Origin: an uncultured Rhodospirillaceae bacterium | GTDB lineage: Bacteria > Pseudomonadota > Alphaproteobacteria > UBA9219 | Length of the DNA stretch: 64,000 nucleotides | Assembly (NCBI GenBank): GCA_964449155.1 | Contig: CAYVBP010000002.1 | Span: forward strand, 334 to 64,333 | Reading direction: 5' to 3' | Shown here: positions 29,925 to 40,101 of the stretch, one piece after another | Layout: each line of letters opens with the position of its first letter | How positions within the stretch are numbered: position 1 is the first letter of the stretch | The notes under the pieces: generated by a model | Databases searched by the model: none | What the model was told of the DNA's origin: nothing | Seen by the model: only the letters and a program-made list of their open reading frames with translations | Position numbers and translations under genes: made by a program

Positions 29925-31817
29925 GTGTTGAATTTAGGCGATCTTGTGGAAAAGAAGCTGAAGGGTATAGGCAAGCCGGTTCCGGCTTCGCCTAAAGCCG
30001 ATACGCCTTTGCTGCAAGAAAAGAGCCCCGCTGCAAAACCCGCGCAGCCTCAGGTCGTTGCGTCGACGTCTGCGTCGGCGGCAGTTGTGGCCGCTTCAAT
30101 TGCGGCCAAAACATTACCGGCTCATGAAAAACTGAAAATTGAAGACGAGCGAAAGCTGCCGCTTCTTTTTACAGGCAACGTTTTGACAGCAGAAGGCGGC
30201 GGTCTGAAGATTCCCGAAGAAGCGCGCAATCTTTGCGCTCTGTTCGATTCGGGTCTTTGGCTCGTCAGCGCGTCGCATCGCCGGTCGCCGCTAGTGACCT
30301 CTGTTGAACTGGCCGCCAAGCGTAAGGGGTTTAAGGTTGATGAACCGCGTTATGTGACGCCGAATATTATTATTCAGGCGTATTTATATGCGGATCGTCG
30401 TCAAAATAACGTACATTATGATGCCAACGCCGCGCGTCGTCGCATTGTTGCGACTCTTGAACAGGCGGTGCAGGTTGGGGCTAACGATATTCACATCGAA
30501 TCGGTTAATGGTCGTGCCGTTGTGCAATTTCGCATTGACGGCGCTTTGCGCCGACAGGATGTTTGGACGCAGGTCGAAGGCGATCAATTCCTTGCGGCCG
30601 TGTATTCGCATTCGATAGGCCAATCAGCCGCATCCGCGAACTTTCAGGAGCCGCAAGCGGCAATGCTTGTGTCCGATGCGCGCGGAAAAGAGGTTATTAC
30701 CCTGCCAAAAGGGGTCATCAGCGTCCGCTGCCAATGGGTGCCTCTTGCGGACGGGGGCGCTTATCTCGATATGCGCTTGTCTTACGACTCCGCGCATTTG
30801 TGGGGCGAGAATTTCATTATGGCGGACGTCGATTCCTTGGGCTTTTCCCAAGAGCAGGTCCGCGTGGTTCAAAGTTTGCGCGCCGCTCCGGGCGGGCTGC
30901 GCTTATTCGCCGGACCCGTCAACCAAGGCAAAACCACAACTCTGCGCGTTGTGCTTAACCGCCGCATGGTAGAAACGGAAATGCGGCTTAATTGCTTACT
31001 TATTGAAGATCCGCCCGAAGGCGGCGTCATCGGGGCGCGGCAAATCGGCGTTTCTGCATCAGTTAAGGACGAACAGCGCGAGAAGACTTTTGTTGAAATC
31101 ATGCGATGCGCTTTGCGTCTTGACCCGGATATCGTGATGTTGGGCGAAATCCGCGATTTGCAAACGGCGGAAACGGCGCTTCGTCTGGCCTTGACGGGGC
31201 GTCAGGTTTACACAACCACCCATGTGTATTCAGCGCTCGCCATTCCGAAGCGGCTTCGGAATATCGGTCTCGAGTCTTATCTTGTTTACGATCACAATCT
31301 TGTGCGAGGAATGGCGTGCCAGCGTCTCTTGAGATGCCTTTGTCCCCATTGCCGTATTCCTCTTAGAGATGCTTTTGAGGAGTTTGGCCCGTCTGTTCGG
31401 GAGCTTGCGGGCCGCATTCGTGCAGGTCTTTCTTTCTTGGATGCAAGTCGTAATAAGGCGAATGCAGGGCGGCCGATTGTCGATTGTTTGGCCGAGCCAG
31501 ATTTGAATAATGTTTATATGGCCAATCCCGAAGGATGTCCTCATTGCTATAAAGGGCGTTCAGGCCGTACGGTTGCTGCCGAGATCATAGAGACCGATGC
31601 CAAGCTTATGGCTTTACTGCAGGACAATCGCGAAGAAGATGCCGAGAGGTATTGGCTGTCCCCCGTTGGGCTTAACGGGATTAACATGCTGCAACGAGGG
31701 CTTGAGAAGGTCCGAAACGGCGAGGTTGCGCCTGACGATGCCGAGTTTGAACTCGGGGTTTTCGCGCGTCCGCGCGAACTGCAAGACGTTGAGGAGAAAC
31801 TGGGGCCGATGAGATGA
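29925..31817 (+). CDS. GspE/PilB-family secretion ATPase (BfpD/TcpT/PilQ(R64)-like)
   Basis: Walker A LFAGPVNQGKTTTL, Asp box LIEDPPEG, Walker B IVMLGEIRD, His box TTTHV and a tetracysteine Zn motif CPHCRIP...CPHCYKG; 630 aa. Confidence 0.8.
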   Translation: MLNLGDLVEKKLKGIGKPVPASPKADTPLLQEKSPAAKPAQPQVVASTSASAAVVAASIAAKTLPAHEKLKIEDERKLPLLFTGNVLTAEGGGLKIPEEARNLCALFDSGLWLVSASHRRSPLVTSVELAAKRKGFKVDEPRYVTPNIIIQAYLYADRRQNNVHYDANAARRRIVATLEQAVQVGANDIHIESVNGRAVVQFRIDGALRRQDVWTQVEGDQFLAAVYSHSIGQSAASANFQEPQAAMLVSDARGKEVITLPKGVISVRCQWVPLADGGAYLDMRLSYDSAHLWGENFIMADVDSLGFSQEQVRVVQSLRAAPGGLRLFAGPVNQGKTTTLRVVLNRRMVETEMRLNCLLIEDPPEGGVIGARQIGVSASVKDEQREKTFVEIMRCALRLDPDIVMLGEIRDLQTAETALRLALTGRQVYTTTHVYSALAIPKRLRNIGLESYLVYDHNLVRGMACQRLLRCLCPHCRIPLRDAFEEFGPSVRELAGRIRAGLSFLDASRNKANAGRPIVDCLAEPDLNNVYMANPEGCPHCYKGRSGRTVAAEIIETDAKLMALLQDNREEDAERYWLSPVGLNGINMLQRGLEKVRNGEVAPDDAEFELGVFARPRELQDVEEKLGPMR

Positions 31818-32911
31818 GCGAACTCGAAGAAAAACTGGCAACTCTTCAAGCGAGATTGACGAAGCTTCAGTTTCGCTGGAATCGCCGCAGTCGGTTGCGC
31901 ATATATCGAAAGCTCGAAGGCATGCTGCGCGCGAACGAGGCATTGTCTCGTTCGCTCGACCGACTTTATCAGAACGTTACCGAAATGGGGAAGTATCCCC
32001 AGCGCCCAGCCGCTATTGCGCTGCGTGAGTGGTTTCTTAAAGACCGTGCCGGTATTTCCTTATCGCGCTCGATGGAGGGGTGGGTTCCTGCGGGTGAGCT
32101 TTACCTGATACGTGCGGGCGAGGAATCCGGTGCCTTGGCCAGAACCTTATCCTTTATTCAGATGATGGGCCAACGCGGCCGCGAAATGCGCGAAGCCGTT
32201 ATGTATGCCGTTGGCTATCCAACCTTTATCCTTGTTCTTGTAGGCTTCGTCATCTGGACATTCAGCGTCAATCTGATCGCCAATATGCGGGCCAACGCGC
32301 CGCGAAGCGTTGTTGACGCTATGGGTGGCGTCGTTCCATTTTCGGATTTCGTTTCCGCTTATGGGCTTTACGTCATTCTGGTCATTGTACTGCTTTGCTT
32401 TGCTATTACGGCCACATTGCCGTTTTGGACGGGGCCGCTGCGGTCGAAGTTCGATATGTATCCGCCCTGGTCGTGGTTTCGAGTTCTTCAGGGGAGCAGC
32501 TTTCTGATGGGGCTTTCGGCTCTATTAGGGTCCCAAGTTCCTCTTAAGAGATCGTTGGAAATCCTCGAAGAACAGGGAAATCCATGGATCCGCGAGCGTA
32601 TCGGTGCCGCGCGACAAAAGGTTTTGCGCGGCCACAATCTCGGCGAAGCGCTGCGGCTCAGCCAGATGAATTTCCCTGCGCCTGAAATCGCCATCGACCT
32701 TGAAATTTTGGCCGAGCGAGCTGACGTCGGTTCCGTTATCGAGCTTGTGACCGAAGACTGGATGAAAGATCAGGTCGATTCAATGAAAACGCAGGCCGTC
32801 ATTATTCGGAATGTCGGCATGGCCATCGTCGGTGGCATTATCGCGTGGACGATGATGTCGATTTTCAGCGTGGTCGGCGCGCTGTCAAAACCGGGCGGGG
32901 CCGGTTACTAA
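31814..32911 (+). CDS. GspF/PilC-family inner-membrane platform protein (BfpE/TcpE/PilR(R64)-like)
   Basis: 365 aa with a cytoplasmic helical N-domain then TM helices (TFILVLVGFVIWTF, LYVILVIVLLCFAI, VGMAIVGGIIAWTMMSIF). Its start overlaps the ATPase stop (ATGA). Confidence 0.65.
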   Translation: MSELEEKLATLQARLTKLQFRWNRRSRLRIYRKLEGMLRANEALSRSLDRLYQNVTEMGKYPQRPAAIALREWFLKDRAGISLSRSMEGWVPAGELYLIRAGEESGALARTLSFIQMMGQRGREMREAVMYAVGYPTFILVLVGFVIWTFSVNLIANMRANAPRSVVDAMGGVVPFSDFVSAYGLYVILVIVLLCFAITATLPFWTGPLRSKFDMYPPWSWFRVLQGSSFLMGLSALLGSQVPLKRSLEILEEQGNPWIRERIGAARQKVLRGHNLGEALRLSQMNFPAPEIAIDLEILAERADVGSVIELVTEDWMKDQVDSMKTQAVIIRNVGMAIVGGIIAWTMMSIFSVVGALSKPGGAGY

Positions 32912-32923
32912 ATTCAGGCCTTG

Positions 32924-33574
32924 TCAGGCAGAATCGGCTGTTTGTCTTTTTCCGAAAATTGCCGTACCGATGCGCACCTCTGTTGCACCACAAGCGATGG
33001 CCGTTTCAAAATCGCTGCTCATGCCCATACTGATGTGTGGCAGCGAGAGTTTCTGCGCCATATTGCGTAAGGCCAAAAAATAATTTTTTGGATCGGCGTT
33101 CTCGGGCGGTATGCACATTAAGCCGTCGATCAAAAGGCCGTGTGAATCTCGGCAAAGAGCCAAAAAGTTTTCTGCGCGGGCAGGATCGATCCCTGCCTTT
33201 TGCGGTTCTTCCCCGATATTGATTTCGATATAAAGTTTCGGCGTTTTTCCGAGTTTTCGTATGGCTTTTGCGATGGCGGCGGCAAGCTGTGGCCTGTCGA
33301 GTGTCTGAATTGTGTCAAACGTATCGACTGCTTGAACGGCCTTGTTTGTTTGCAGGGCGCCGATAAGATGCAGCTCGATATCGGGATACGCGACGCGCAT
33401 GGGCGGGAATTTCTTTTGGGCTTCTTGTACCCGGTTTTCTCCAAACACGCGCTGTTCTGCCTCTAAAGCCTCTCGAATTGCGGCTATAGGCTGCGTTTTG
33501 CTGACGGCAATTAGGGTCGCTTTTCCAAGGCGGCGGCGTATTGAGGCAAGGTTGGCGGCAACGGATGTCGTCAT
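32924..33574 (-). CDS. yggS: PLP-binding protein YggS/PLPHP
   Basis: 216 aa with N-terminus LASIRRRLGKATLIAVSKTQP and conserved Lys; alanine-racemase N-terminal-like fold. Confidence 0.8.
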   Translation of the reverse strand: MTTSVAANLASIRRRLGKATLIAVSKTQPIAAIREALEAEQRVFGENRVQEAQKKFPPMRVAYPDIELHLIGALQTNKAVQAVDTFDTIQTLDRPQLAAAIAKAIRKLGKTPKLYIEINIGEEPQKAGIDPARAENFLALCRDSHGLLIDGLMCIPPENADPKNYFLALRNMAQKLSLPHISMGMSSDFETAIACGATEVRIGTAIFGKRQTADSA

Positions 33575-34650
33575 GGCTTCGGCGGATTTTTCAGTTTGGT
33601 ATGCCAGACATTAATGTTTTTATTATGCGTTGCAAGATCCGACGCAAAAGCATGCCCCCCATTACCGTCGGCGACAAAGTATAAAAGAGAATGCCGTTCT
33701 GGATGTAAAACGGCTTCAATTGACGCTTGTCCCGGGTTGCAGATGGGCTGAGGCGGGATTCCGGCGCTGATATAAGTGTTGATTGGCGATGCGACGTACA
33801 AATCGCCGCGGGTTAATGTGCGGTTTAATTGCGCCCTTCCTAGCGTCAGCGCATAGATTACCGTGGGGTCCGACTGTAAGCGCATGTTGATCCGTAAGCG
33901 ATTGTAAAATACGCCTGCGATACGCGCCCGTTCTTCGGGTCTTCCCGTTTCCTTTTCGACAATTGACGCAAGAACCAAAGCCTCGTTTGAAGATTTTAAA
34001 GGCAAGCCGTCCTCTCGTTTGGCCCAAAGATCGAAAATCTTTTGCTTCATGGCTTTTTGCATGCGGGCAATAAGGCTTGCACGGGAATCTCGAAAACTGT
34101 ATCGGTACGTTTCCGGCAGAAGCGAGCCTTCCTGCGGGATTGAAAGAATATCGCCGCTTAATGCCGGGTCGGCATTCAAAAGCCGGACGATTTCGGCCGA
34201 AGTCAGGCCTTCGGCGGCGGTGAAAGTTCTCACAATCGAGCGGCCTTCGTGCGCGATTTTTGCGATTTCAAACGCGCTCATCCGAGGCAAGAGCGCATAT
34301 TCTCCGGCCTTCAAGGGCCCCACGATTCTTGCCGCGATGCGGAACAAAATAGGAAAATAAACAGCGTTTTCTTTACTCAAATTGGCCGCCGTTTCGGCAG
34401 GCGATGACCCGAAAGGAATAAAGACTGTCTTTTCTTGAGACAAGGGCCCTCGTGCGAACGATGCTGCGATCAAAAGGGGCGGAATAAAAAAAGCCAAGGC
34501 GAAAATCAGGCCGACTGCGCGCAAAACAAGCGCAAGAAAGGAAAAGCCCGAACGGGGCTGCGGCTCAGTTGGCGACGGCATAATCATAAACTCAAAATGG
34601 CCGGATAAGCCAGCCGGGTCAAGGCCAATGCTAGACGATGGCTGCGCCAA
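33571..34650 (-). CDS. mltG: Endolytic murein transglycosylase MltG (YceG-like)
   Basis: N-terminal TM, then the YceG signature region (GRPEERARIAGVFYNRL...LQSDPTVIYAL). Confidence 0.8.
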   Translation of the reverse strand: MAQPSSSIGLDPAGLSGHFEFMIMPSPTEPQPRSGFSFLALVLRAVGLIFALAFFIPPLLIAASFARGPLSQEKTVFIPFGSSPAETAANLSKENAVYFPILFRIAARIVGPLKAGEYALLPRMSAFEIAKIAHEGRSIVRTFTAAEGLTSAEIVRLLNADPALSGDILSIPQEGSLLPETYRYSFRDSRASLIARMQKAMKQKIFDLWAKREDGLPLKSSNEALVLASIVEKETGRPEERARIAGVFYNRLRINMRLQSDPTVIYALTLGRAQLNRTLTRGDLYVASPINTYISAGIPPQPICNPGQASIEAVLHPERHSLLYFVADGNGGHAFASDLATHNKNINVWHTKLKNPPKP

Positions 34651-35947
34651 GCGCGTTCATCGCCGGGACGAATTTAGGGAAACTCGTGGCAATAAATCCA
34701 CCGTCGTCGACGGAAATAGGATCTTCCGTTCGCATTCCCAATACAAGAAAACTCATCGCAATGCGATGGTCCATGGCCGTTTCGATGACGGTGCCGCCGC
34801 GCGGCGGATGGCCCGTTCCGTATACGATTAGATCGTCGCCTTCAATGTCGGCTTTGGCTCCGCAGCGCGACAGTCCTTTGGCCATCAATTCCAGCCGGTC
34901 ACTTTCTTTGACCCGAAGTTCGGCCAAGCCCTTCATCCGCGTGATACCGGATGCGCACGATGCCGCGACGGCAAGAATGGGATATTCGTCGATCATGCTC
35001 GGTGCCCGTTCGGGTGGAACGTCAATGCCATGCAGAGCGCTAGACGAAACGACAAGGTCCGCAACGGCCTCGCCGCCTTCAATGCTCTGATTTATCTCTT
35101 TAATTTGACCGCCCATTTCACGCAAAACGGCAAACAGACCGGTGCGGCGTGGATTTAGGCCGATATGTCTCAATATTACGGACGATCCGGGACACAGAAG
35201 CGCCGCGACAAGCGGAAACGCCGCCGAACTTGGGTCTCCGGGAACATTGATATTTTGGGCTTTAAGGACAGGCTTGCCTTCGATAGAAATAATATCCGCA
35301 CCGTCGGCGCGTTTTTCGATAAAGACCTTGGCCCCAAATCCGCGCAGCATGTTTTCCGAATGATCGCGCGTCGGCGCAGTTTCAATGACTTTTGTGACAC
35401 CCTTGGCCCCAAGTCCGGCCAGCAAAATTGCCGATTTGACCTGCGCCGAAGGAACGGGAAGCTCATAAGTAATGGAAATTGGTGCCGATGTGCCGAAAAC
35501 CGTTAGCGGCAGTTTGCCTCCCTCGCTTTCAATCCGTGCACCCATAAGGGATAGCGGTTCAATCACGCGACTCATGGGCCTTTTGCGCAACGATGCGTCG
35601 CCTGTAAAGTGAGCGGAAAACCCTGTTCCGGCGACAAGGCCCATTAACAGTCGTGTCGATGTTCCGCTGTTGCCCATGTCGAGAACTTGTTCCGGCTTTT
35701 GAAGACCTTTGGCCCCGGTGCCTTCGATATGCCAAACGCCCAGATCGTCTTTGCGGATTTTTGCGCCCATCGCTCGAAGAGCGGCGACGGTGTTAAGAAC
35801 ATCTTCTCCTTCCAGCAGGCCCCTGACGGTCGTTTCTCCTTCCGCGAGGCCTCCTAGAATAACGCTACGATGGGAAATGCTTTTATCCCCCGGAGGCGAA
35901 AAATTGCCCGTCAAGGCCGTGCAGCGGGAAGAAGTTAGTTTTTGCAT
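34631..35947 (-). CDS. aroA: 3-phosphoshikimate 1-carboxyvinyltransferase (EPSP synthase)
   Basis: N-terminal motif PGDKSISHRSVILGGLAEGET with LGNSGTSTRLL; 438 aa. Confidence 0.9.
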   Translation of the reverse strand: MQKLTSSRCTALTGNFSPPGDKSISHRSVILGGLAEGETTVRGLLEGEDVLNTVAALRAMGAKIRKDDLGVWHIEGTGAKGLQKPEQVLDMGNSGTSTRLLMGLVAGTGFSAHFTGDASLRKRPMSRVIEPLSLMGARIESEGGKLPLTVFGTSAPISITYELPVPSAQVKSAILLAGLGAKGVTKVIETAPTRDHSENMLRGFGAKVFIEKRADGADIISIEGKPVLKAQNINVPGDPSSAAFPLVAALLCPGSSVILRHIGLNPRRTGLFAVLREMGGQIKEINQSIEGGEAVADLVVSSSALHGIDVPPERAPSMIDEYPILAVAASCASGITRMKGLAELRVKESDRLELMAKGLSRCGAKADIEGDDLIVYGTGHPPRGGTVIETAMDHRIAMSFLVLGMRTEDPISVDDGGFIATSFPKFVPAMNALGAAIV

Positions 35948-36120
35948 GAGACACTCAACGCATTGGATAAAAAAGAGTTTGTAGGCTAACGGGATATCAA
36001 AGCGGCATATTAATATAGAATCTCTTCAAGAGAAACCCACCCCCTTGAAATTTTGTCCAAAAACCTAATCTTGCACATATAGCCTTTCAACGTTACAAGA
36101 AAACGCAAAAAGGAAACGAG

Positions 36121-36693
36121 ATGATAGAAACCCCATCCGAGAACAACGAAGACATATCGGAACCAGAAGGTTCCGAAGGCGGGAATGCTTCTCCTGAGGC
36201 GCGCATCGCCGAGCTTGAAAAGCAGCTGGCGGAAATGAAAGATCGTGCCTTACGAGAAATGGCCGATGCCGAAAATACGCGCCGTCGCGCTCAAAAAGAA
36301 CGCGAAGAAACCTCGAAATACGCCGTTGCCAAATTCGCTAAGGAAATCATTGGCGTATCCGACAATTTTCGCCGCGCGGTCGATGCCGCCCCAGCCGAAC
36401 ATTCCGACCCTGCGGTTAAAAGCCTGATCGTCGGTATCGATGCGACCGAGCGCCAGTTGTTGGCGACGCTGGAAAATTTTGGCATCCGGCGGATCGATCC
36501 TCTCGGCGAGATTTTTGATCCCAATTTTCATCGCGTTATGATGGAGGTCGAGGCTGTGGACAAAAAGCCCGGCACGATCGTTCAAGTCCTGCAAACGGGA
36601 TATATGATCCATGATCGTCTGTTGCGTGAAGCTCTGGTCGCGGTGGCCAAGGGTCCGCAACTTGAAATGTCGCGGGTCGATACGTCTGCGTAA
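36121..36693 (+). CDS. grpE: Nucleotide exchange factor GrpE
   Basis: Coiled-coil N-terminus followed by the GrpE beta domain (KFAKEIIGVSDNFRRA...IVQVLQTGYMIHDRLLREALVAV). Confidence 0.9.
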   Translation: MIETPSENNEDISEPEGSEGGNASPEARIAELEKQLAEMKDRALREMADAENTRRRAQKEREETSKYAVAKFAKEIIGVSDNFRRAVDAAPAEHSDPAVKSLIVGIDATERQLLATLENFGIRRIDPLGEIFDPNFHRVMMEVEAVDKKPGTIVQVLQTGYMIHDRLLREALVAVAKGPQLEMSRVDTSA

Positions 36694-36738
36694 ACAGAAA
36701 GCGTATCCTCAAACAGAGGAAAAAAATAAGGAGCTCCA

Positions 36739-37008
36739 ATGAAAATTGTCGTAACAATTATCGGCCAAGATCGCGTTGGCATTGTCGCCAAAGTCAGCGC
36801 CGCGATGGCCGAAGCTAACGTGAACATTCTGGATATTAACCAGAACATCATGAACGGCTTTTTTAACATGGTCATGATCGCGGACATGGGCGCGGCTTCG
36901 ATTTCGCTTAAGGACTTTCAGGGAAAGCTAGACGGCGTGGGTAGGGAGATTGGGGTGGAAATCAAGGTTCAGCACGAAGATATATTCAACGTTATGCACC
37001 GCATTTGA
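36739..37008 (+). CDS. ACT-domain protein (UPF0237 family)
   Basis: 89 aa; MKIVVTIIGQDRVGIVAKVSAAMAEANVNILDINQ is typical of the ACT protein that pairs with UPF0210. Confidence 0.7.
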   Translation: MKIVVTIIGQDRVGIVAKVSAAMAEANVNILDINQNIMNGFFNMVMIADMGAASISLKDFQGKLDGVGREIGVEIKVQHEDIFNVMHRI

Positions 37009-37020
37009 TCGGAAAAGGCA

Positions 37021-38379
37021 ATGCTATTGATTGACGAGATTTTCGAAACCAATCGCATGATAGAGCAAAACAAGCTTGACGTGCGCACCATAACGATGGG
37101 GATTTCTTTGCGTGGATGCGCAAATCCCGATCTTAAAATTTTTTGCCAAAACGTTTACGATAGAATTACGACGACGGCGAAAAACCTTGTGCAAGTGGGC
37201 GAGGACATTGAGGCTGAATTCGGCATCCCCATTATCAACAAGCGCATTTCCGTGACGCCGATCGCGATTGCCGCCGAAAGCTGCCGTGCTGATTCTTATG
37301 TCCCGATTGCCGAGGCTATGGAGCGCGCGGCAAGGGAGCTTGGCGTCAATTTTATTGGCGGCTTTTCGGCGCTTGTCGAACGGCGCGAGACCGACGGAGA
37401 TATTCTGCTAATAAACTCCATTCCCGAAGCTTTGTCGCGGACCGAGCGCGTATGCTCGTCCATAAATGTCGCGACGACAAAAGCTGGCACTAATATGGAT
37501 GCCGTTCGTCGTATGGGCGAAATTGTTAAAAAGACAGCTGAGTTGACGGCAGATCGCAACGCCATTGGATGCGCGAAGTTGGTCGTTTTTGCGAACGCTG
37601 TCGAAGACAACCCTTTTGTCGCAGGCGCTTTCCACGGCATTGCCGGGGGGCCCTGTGCCGTTAACGTTGGTGTTAGCGGTCCCGGCGTCGTCAAGCGCGC
37701 GCTTGAAACTGTGCGCGGCCAACCATTTGATGTCGTTGCGGAAACCGTTAAGCGCACGGCTTTTAAAATTACGCGCATTGGTCAGCTTGTGGCTCGAGAG
37801 GCATCCCGTCGACTAGGCGTTGATGTAGGCATCGTAGATCTTTCACTCGCGCCGACGGCGGCTATCGGAGACAGCGTTGCCCACGTTCTCGAAGAAATGG
37901 GCATCGAAAGCTGCGGCGCTCCGGGAACGACGGCTGCGCTCGCGCTTTTGAACGACGCGGTTAAAAAAGGCGGATTGATGGCCGCTCAGCATGTTGGCGG
38001 TTTGAGCGGTGCCTTCATTCCCGTCAGCGAAGATGCTGGCATGATTGCCGCCGCCGAGTGCGGCAGCTTGACGCTGGAAAAGCTCGAAGCCATGACGTGC
38101 GTTTGCTCCGTCGGCCTCGATATGATTGCCATTCCGGGAGATACATCCGCCGCAACGATCTCGGGCATTATCGCGGACGAGGCCGCAATCGGCATGATCA
38201 ACAACAAGACCACTGCTGCGCGGTTGATCCCCGTTCCGGGTATGAAGGTTGGTGATTGCGTCGAATTTGGGGGGCTTTTGGGGCGCTGTCCCATCGTTCC
38301 GGTTAACGGGTATAAATCCGAAGACTTCATCGCCCGTGGCGGTCGCATTCCTGCGCCGATGCGCAGTTTGACGAATTAA
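37021..38379 (+). CDS. UPF0210 (DUF711, PFL-like) protein
   Basis: 452 aa; the N-terminus [30 protein letters not shown] is characteristic of the family. It lies directly downstream of the ACT partner gene. Confidence 0.7.
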   Translation: MLLIDEIFETNRMIEQNKLDVRTITMGISLRGCANPDLKIFCQNVYDRITTTAKNLVQVGEDIEAEFGIPIINKRISVTPIAIAAESCRADSYVPIAEAMERAARELGVNFIGGFSALVERRETDGDILLINSIPEALSRTERVCSSINVATTKAGTNMDAVRRMGEIVKKTAELTADRNAIGCAKLVVFANAVEDNPFVAGAFHGIAGGPCAVNVGVSGPGVVKRALETVRGQPFDVVAETVKRTAFKITRIGQLVAREASRRLGVDVGIVDLSLAPTAAIGDSVAHVLEEMGIESCGAPGTTAALALLNDAVKKGGLMAAQHVGGLSGAFIPVSEDAGMIAAAECGSLTLEKLEAMTCVCSVGLDMIAIPGDTSAATISGIIADEAAIGMINNKTTAARLIPVPGMKVGDCVEFGGLLGRCPIVPVNGYKSEDFIARGGRIPAPMRSLTN

Positions 38380-38461
38380 AGAGCGCTATCAAAAAAAAAT
38401 TTCGCCTTAGGCGGAAATGATCTAAGATCGCGAGTCTCGATTTTAAATTAGACCCCGGCTT

Positions 38462-39532
38462 ATGTTCGAAAGTGTCTTCGATTCCTTGGAGCTTCCGCCT
38501 CGCCGCGAAACGTTTCTCGCGCGATATCCGCGCAATTTGAAATTAAGCGCGGCTGCGGTAATTTTTGCGCTAATGGTGTTGCCCCCCGCATGGATTTACG
38601 GACAGCATCGTCAAGACCAAGGAAGCGGGCTGATTTCTGTCGAAAAGGAAAAAGGTGCAGAAAATCGGACTCCGCTCGTCGGAAAGATTGAGACGGACAC
38701 CAGCGCACAGGCCCTTAACGATCAAAATGATCGCAGCGTCAAGCTGGTCTTGGCCCCGGACAGTCGCGTAACTCAAGATACAGCTGAAGGTAGCCTGCCG
38801 CGCATAGGGGACGGTGGGCTTCGCCCATGGCAGGTTTATGCTCGGCCATTCAACTTGGCCGATAAGAGGCCAAGAATCGCGATTGTCATCGCGGATTTAG
38901 GCTTGTCCCGCAGCATAACGGATCAGGCAATTTCGCAGTTGCCCCCGACGGTTACGCTTTCGTTTAATTCCTTATCCCCGGCCGTGGCGGCATGGGGAAC
39001 GCGCGCGCGCCAAGATGGTCACGAAATCTTGTTGCAGGTTCCGGTAGAACCTTTCGATTATCCGCAAAGCGATCCCGGTCCCGATACGCTTTTGACAAAC
39101 CTGTCCGATAACGAAAACACGACGCGTCTGTTGGCGACGCTGCGCCGAGCAACGGGGTATGTCGGCGTAACGATGATGCAGGGATCGCGCTTCACGTCCG
39201 ATCCGGTTCTTTTTGGCTTAGTTCTGGGGCAGATCCGCGATCGCGGTCTTATGCTTTTAGACTCGCGAGCCGCATTGCGCAGCGTTATTACGGACACGGC
39301 GCGAACGGAAAACGTTCCTGTGGCGACGGCAACCCAGCTTCTTGATATCGATTTGGCACCCGATGCGATAGCATTAGCTTTGGAGGGGTTGGAAAAAACG
39401 GCCATGCATCAAGGCCGCGCCATAGGTGTGACAGCGGCGACGCCCATCATGTTGGATCGCCTTCAGGCATGGATGAAAACATTACCGGCGCATGGAATTG
39501 CGCTGGCCCCCCTTAGCGCCATGGTTCAATGA
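38462..39532 (+). CDS. Divergent polysaccharide deacetylase (YibQ-like) with N-terminal membrane anchor
   Basis: TM anchor (AAVIFALMVLPPAWIY) and the YibQ-family core RIAIVIADLGLSRSITDQAISQLPPTVTLSF. Confidence 0.6.
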   Translation: MFESVFDSLELPPRRETFLARYPRNLKLSAAAVIFALMVLPPAWIYGQHRQDQGSGLISVEKEKGAENRTPLVGKIETDTSAQALNDQNDRSVKLVLAPDSRVTQDTAEGSLPRIGDGGLRPWQVYARPFNLADKRPRIAIVIADLGLSRSITDQAISQLPPTVTLSFNSLSPAVAAWGTRARQDGHEILLQVPVEPFDYPQSDPGPDTLLTNLSDNENTTRLLATLRRATGYVGVTMMQGSRFTSDPVLFGLVLGQIRDRGLMLLDSRAALRSVITDTARTENVPVATATQLLDIDLAPDAIALALEGLEKTAMHQGRAIGVTAATPIMLDRLQAWMKTLPAHGIALAPLSAMVQ

Positions 39533-40092
39533 TGACGACAATTATCGATCTGCAAAAATTACCCTATCGCCGCAGCGTTGGCATATGCCTGTTCAATCCC
39601 CAAGGACTCGTTTTTGTTGCGGAGCGCCGCGATAAGCACGGCGCATGGCAAATGCCGCAGGGCGGGATACAAAAGGGGGAAGAACCGACCAATGCCGTTT
39701 TGCGCGAGATGAAGGAAGAAATAGGGACCGACAACGCGTGTATCGTTGCCAGAGTTCCCGAGCTTCTGCGCTATGAATTTCCTGATTGGCTGCAAAACCG
39801 TAGGATCAGCAATGACGGTCCCAATGGTCCCGTTTTTCATGGGAAATACAGGGGGCAGGAACAGCAATGGTATGCCCTAAAGTATCTTGGTCAAGACAAC
39901 GAAATAGACTTGACCGGCCAAAATGAACCGGAGCTGCCTGAGTTTGTTGCATGGCGCTGGGCACCTCTTTGGGAGGTTCCATCGTTGATCGTGAATTTTA
40001 AAAAGCCCTCTTACGACAGAGTAGTAGAGGCCTTTTTACCAATCGGCGAGGCAATCGCGCGCGGCGAAGATCTTCCCGGATTAGGGTCTTAA
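39529..40092 (+). CDS. rppH: RNA pyrophosphohydrolase, NUDIX family (RppH/NudH)
   Basis: Nudix box GGIQKGEEPTNAVLREMKEEIG; 187 aa with a typical RppH C-terminal region. Confidence 0.75.
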   Translation: MMTTIIDLQKLPYRRSVGICLFNPQGLVFVAERRDKHGAWQMPQGGIQKGEEPTNAVLREMKEEIGTDNACIVARVPELLRYEFPDWLQNRRISNDGPNGPVFHGKYRGQEQQWYALKYLGQDNEIDLTGQNEPELPEFVAWRWAPLWEVPSLIVNFKKPSYDRVVEAFLPIGEAIARGEDLPGLGS

Positions 40093-40101
40093 AAACGGCG
40101 T

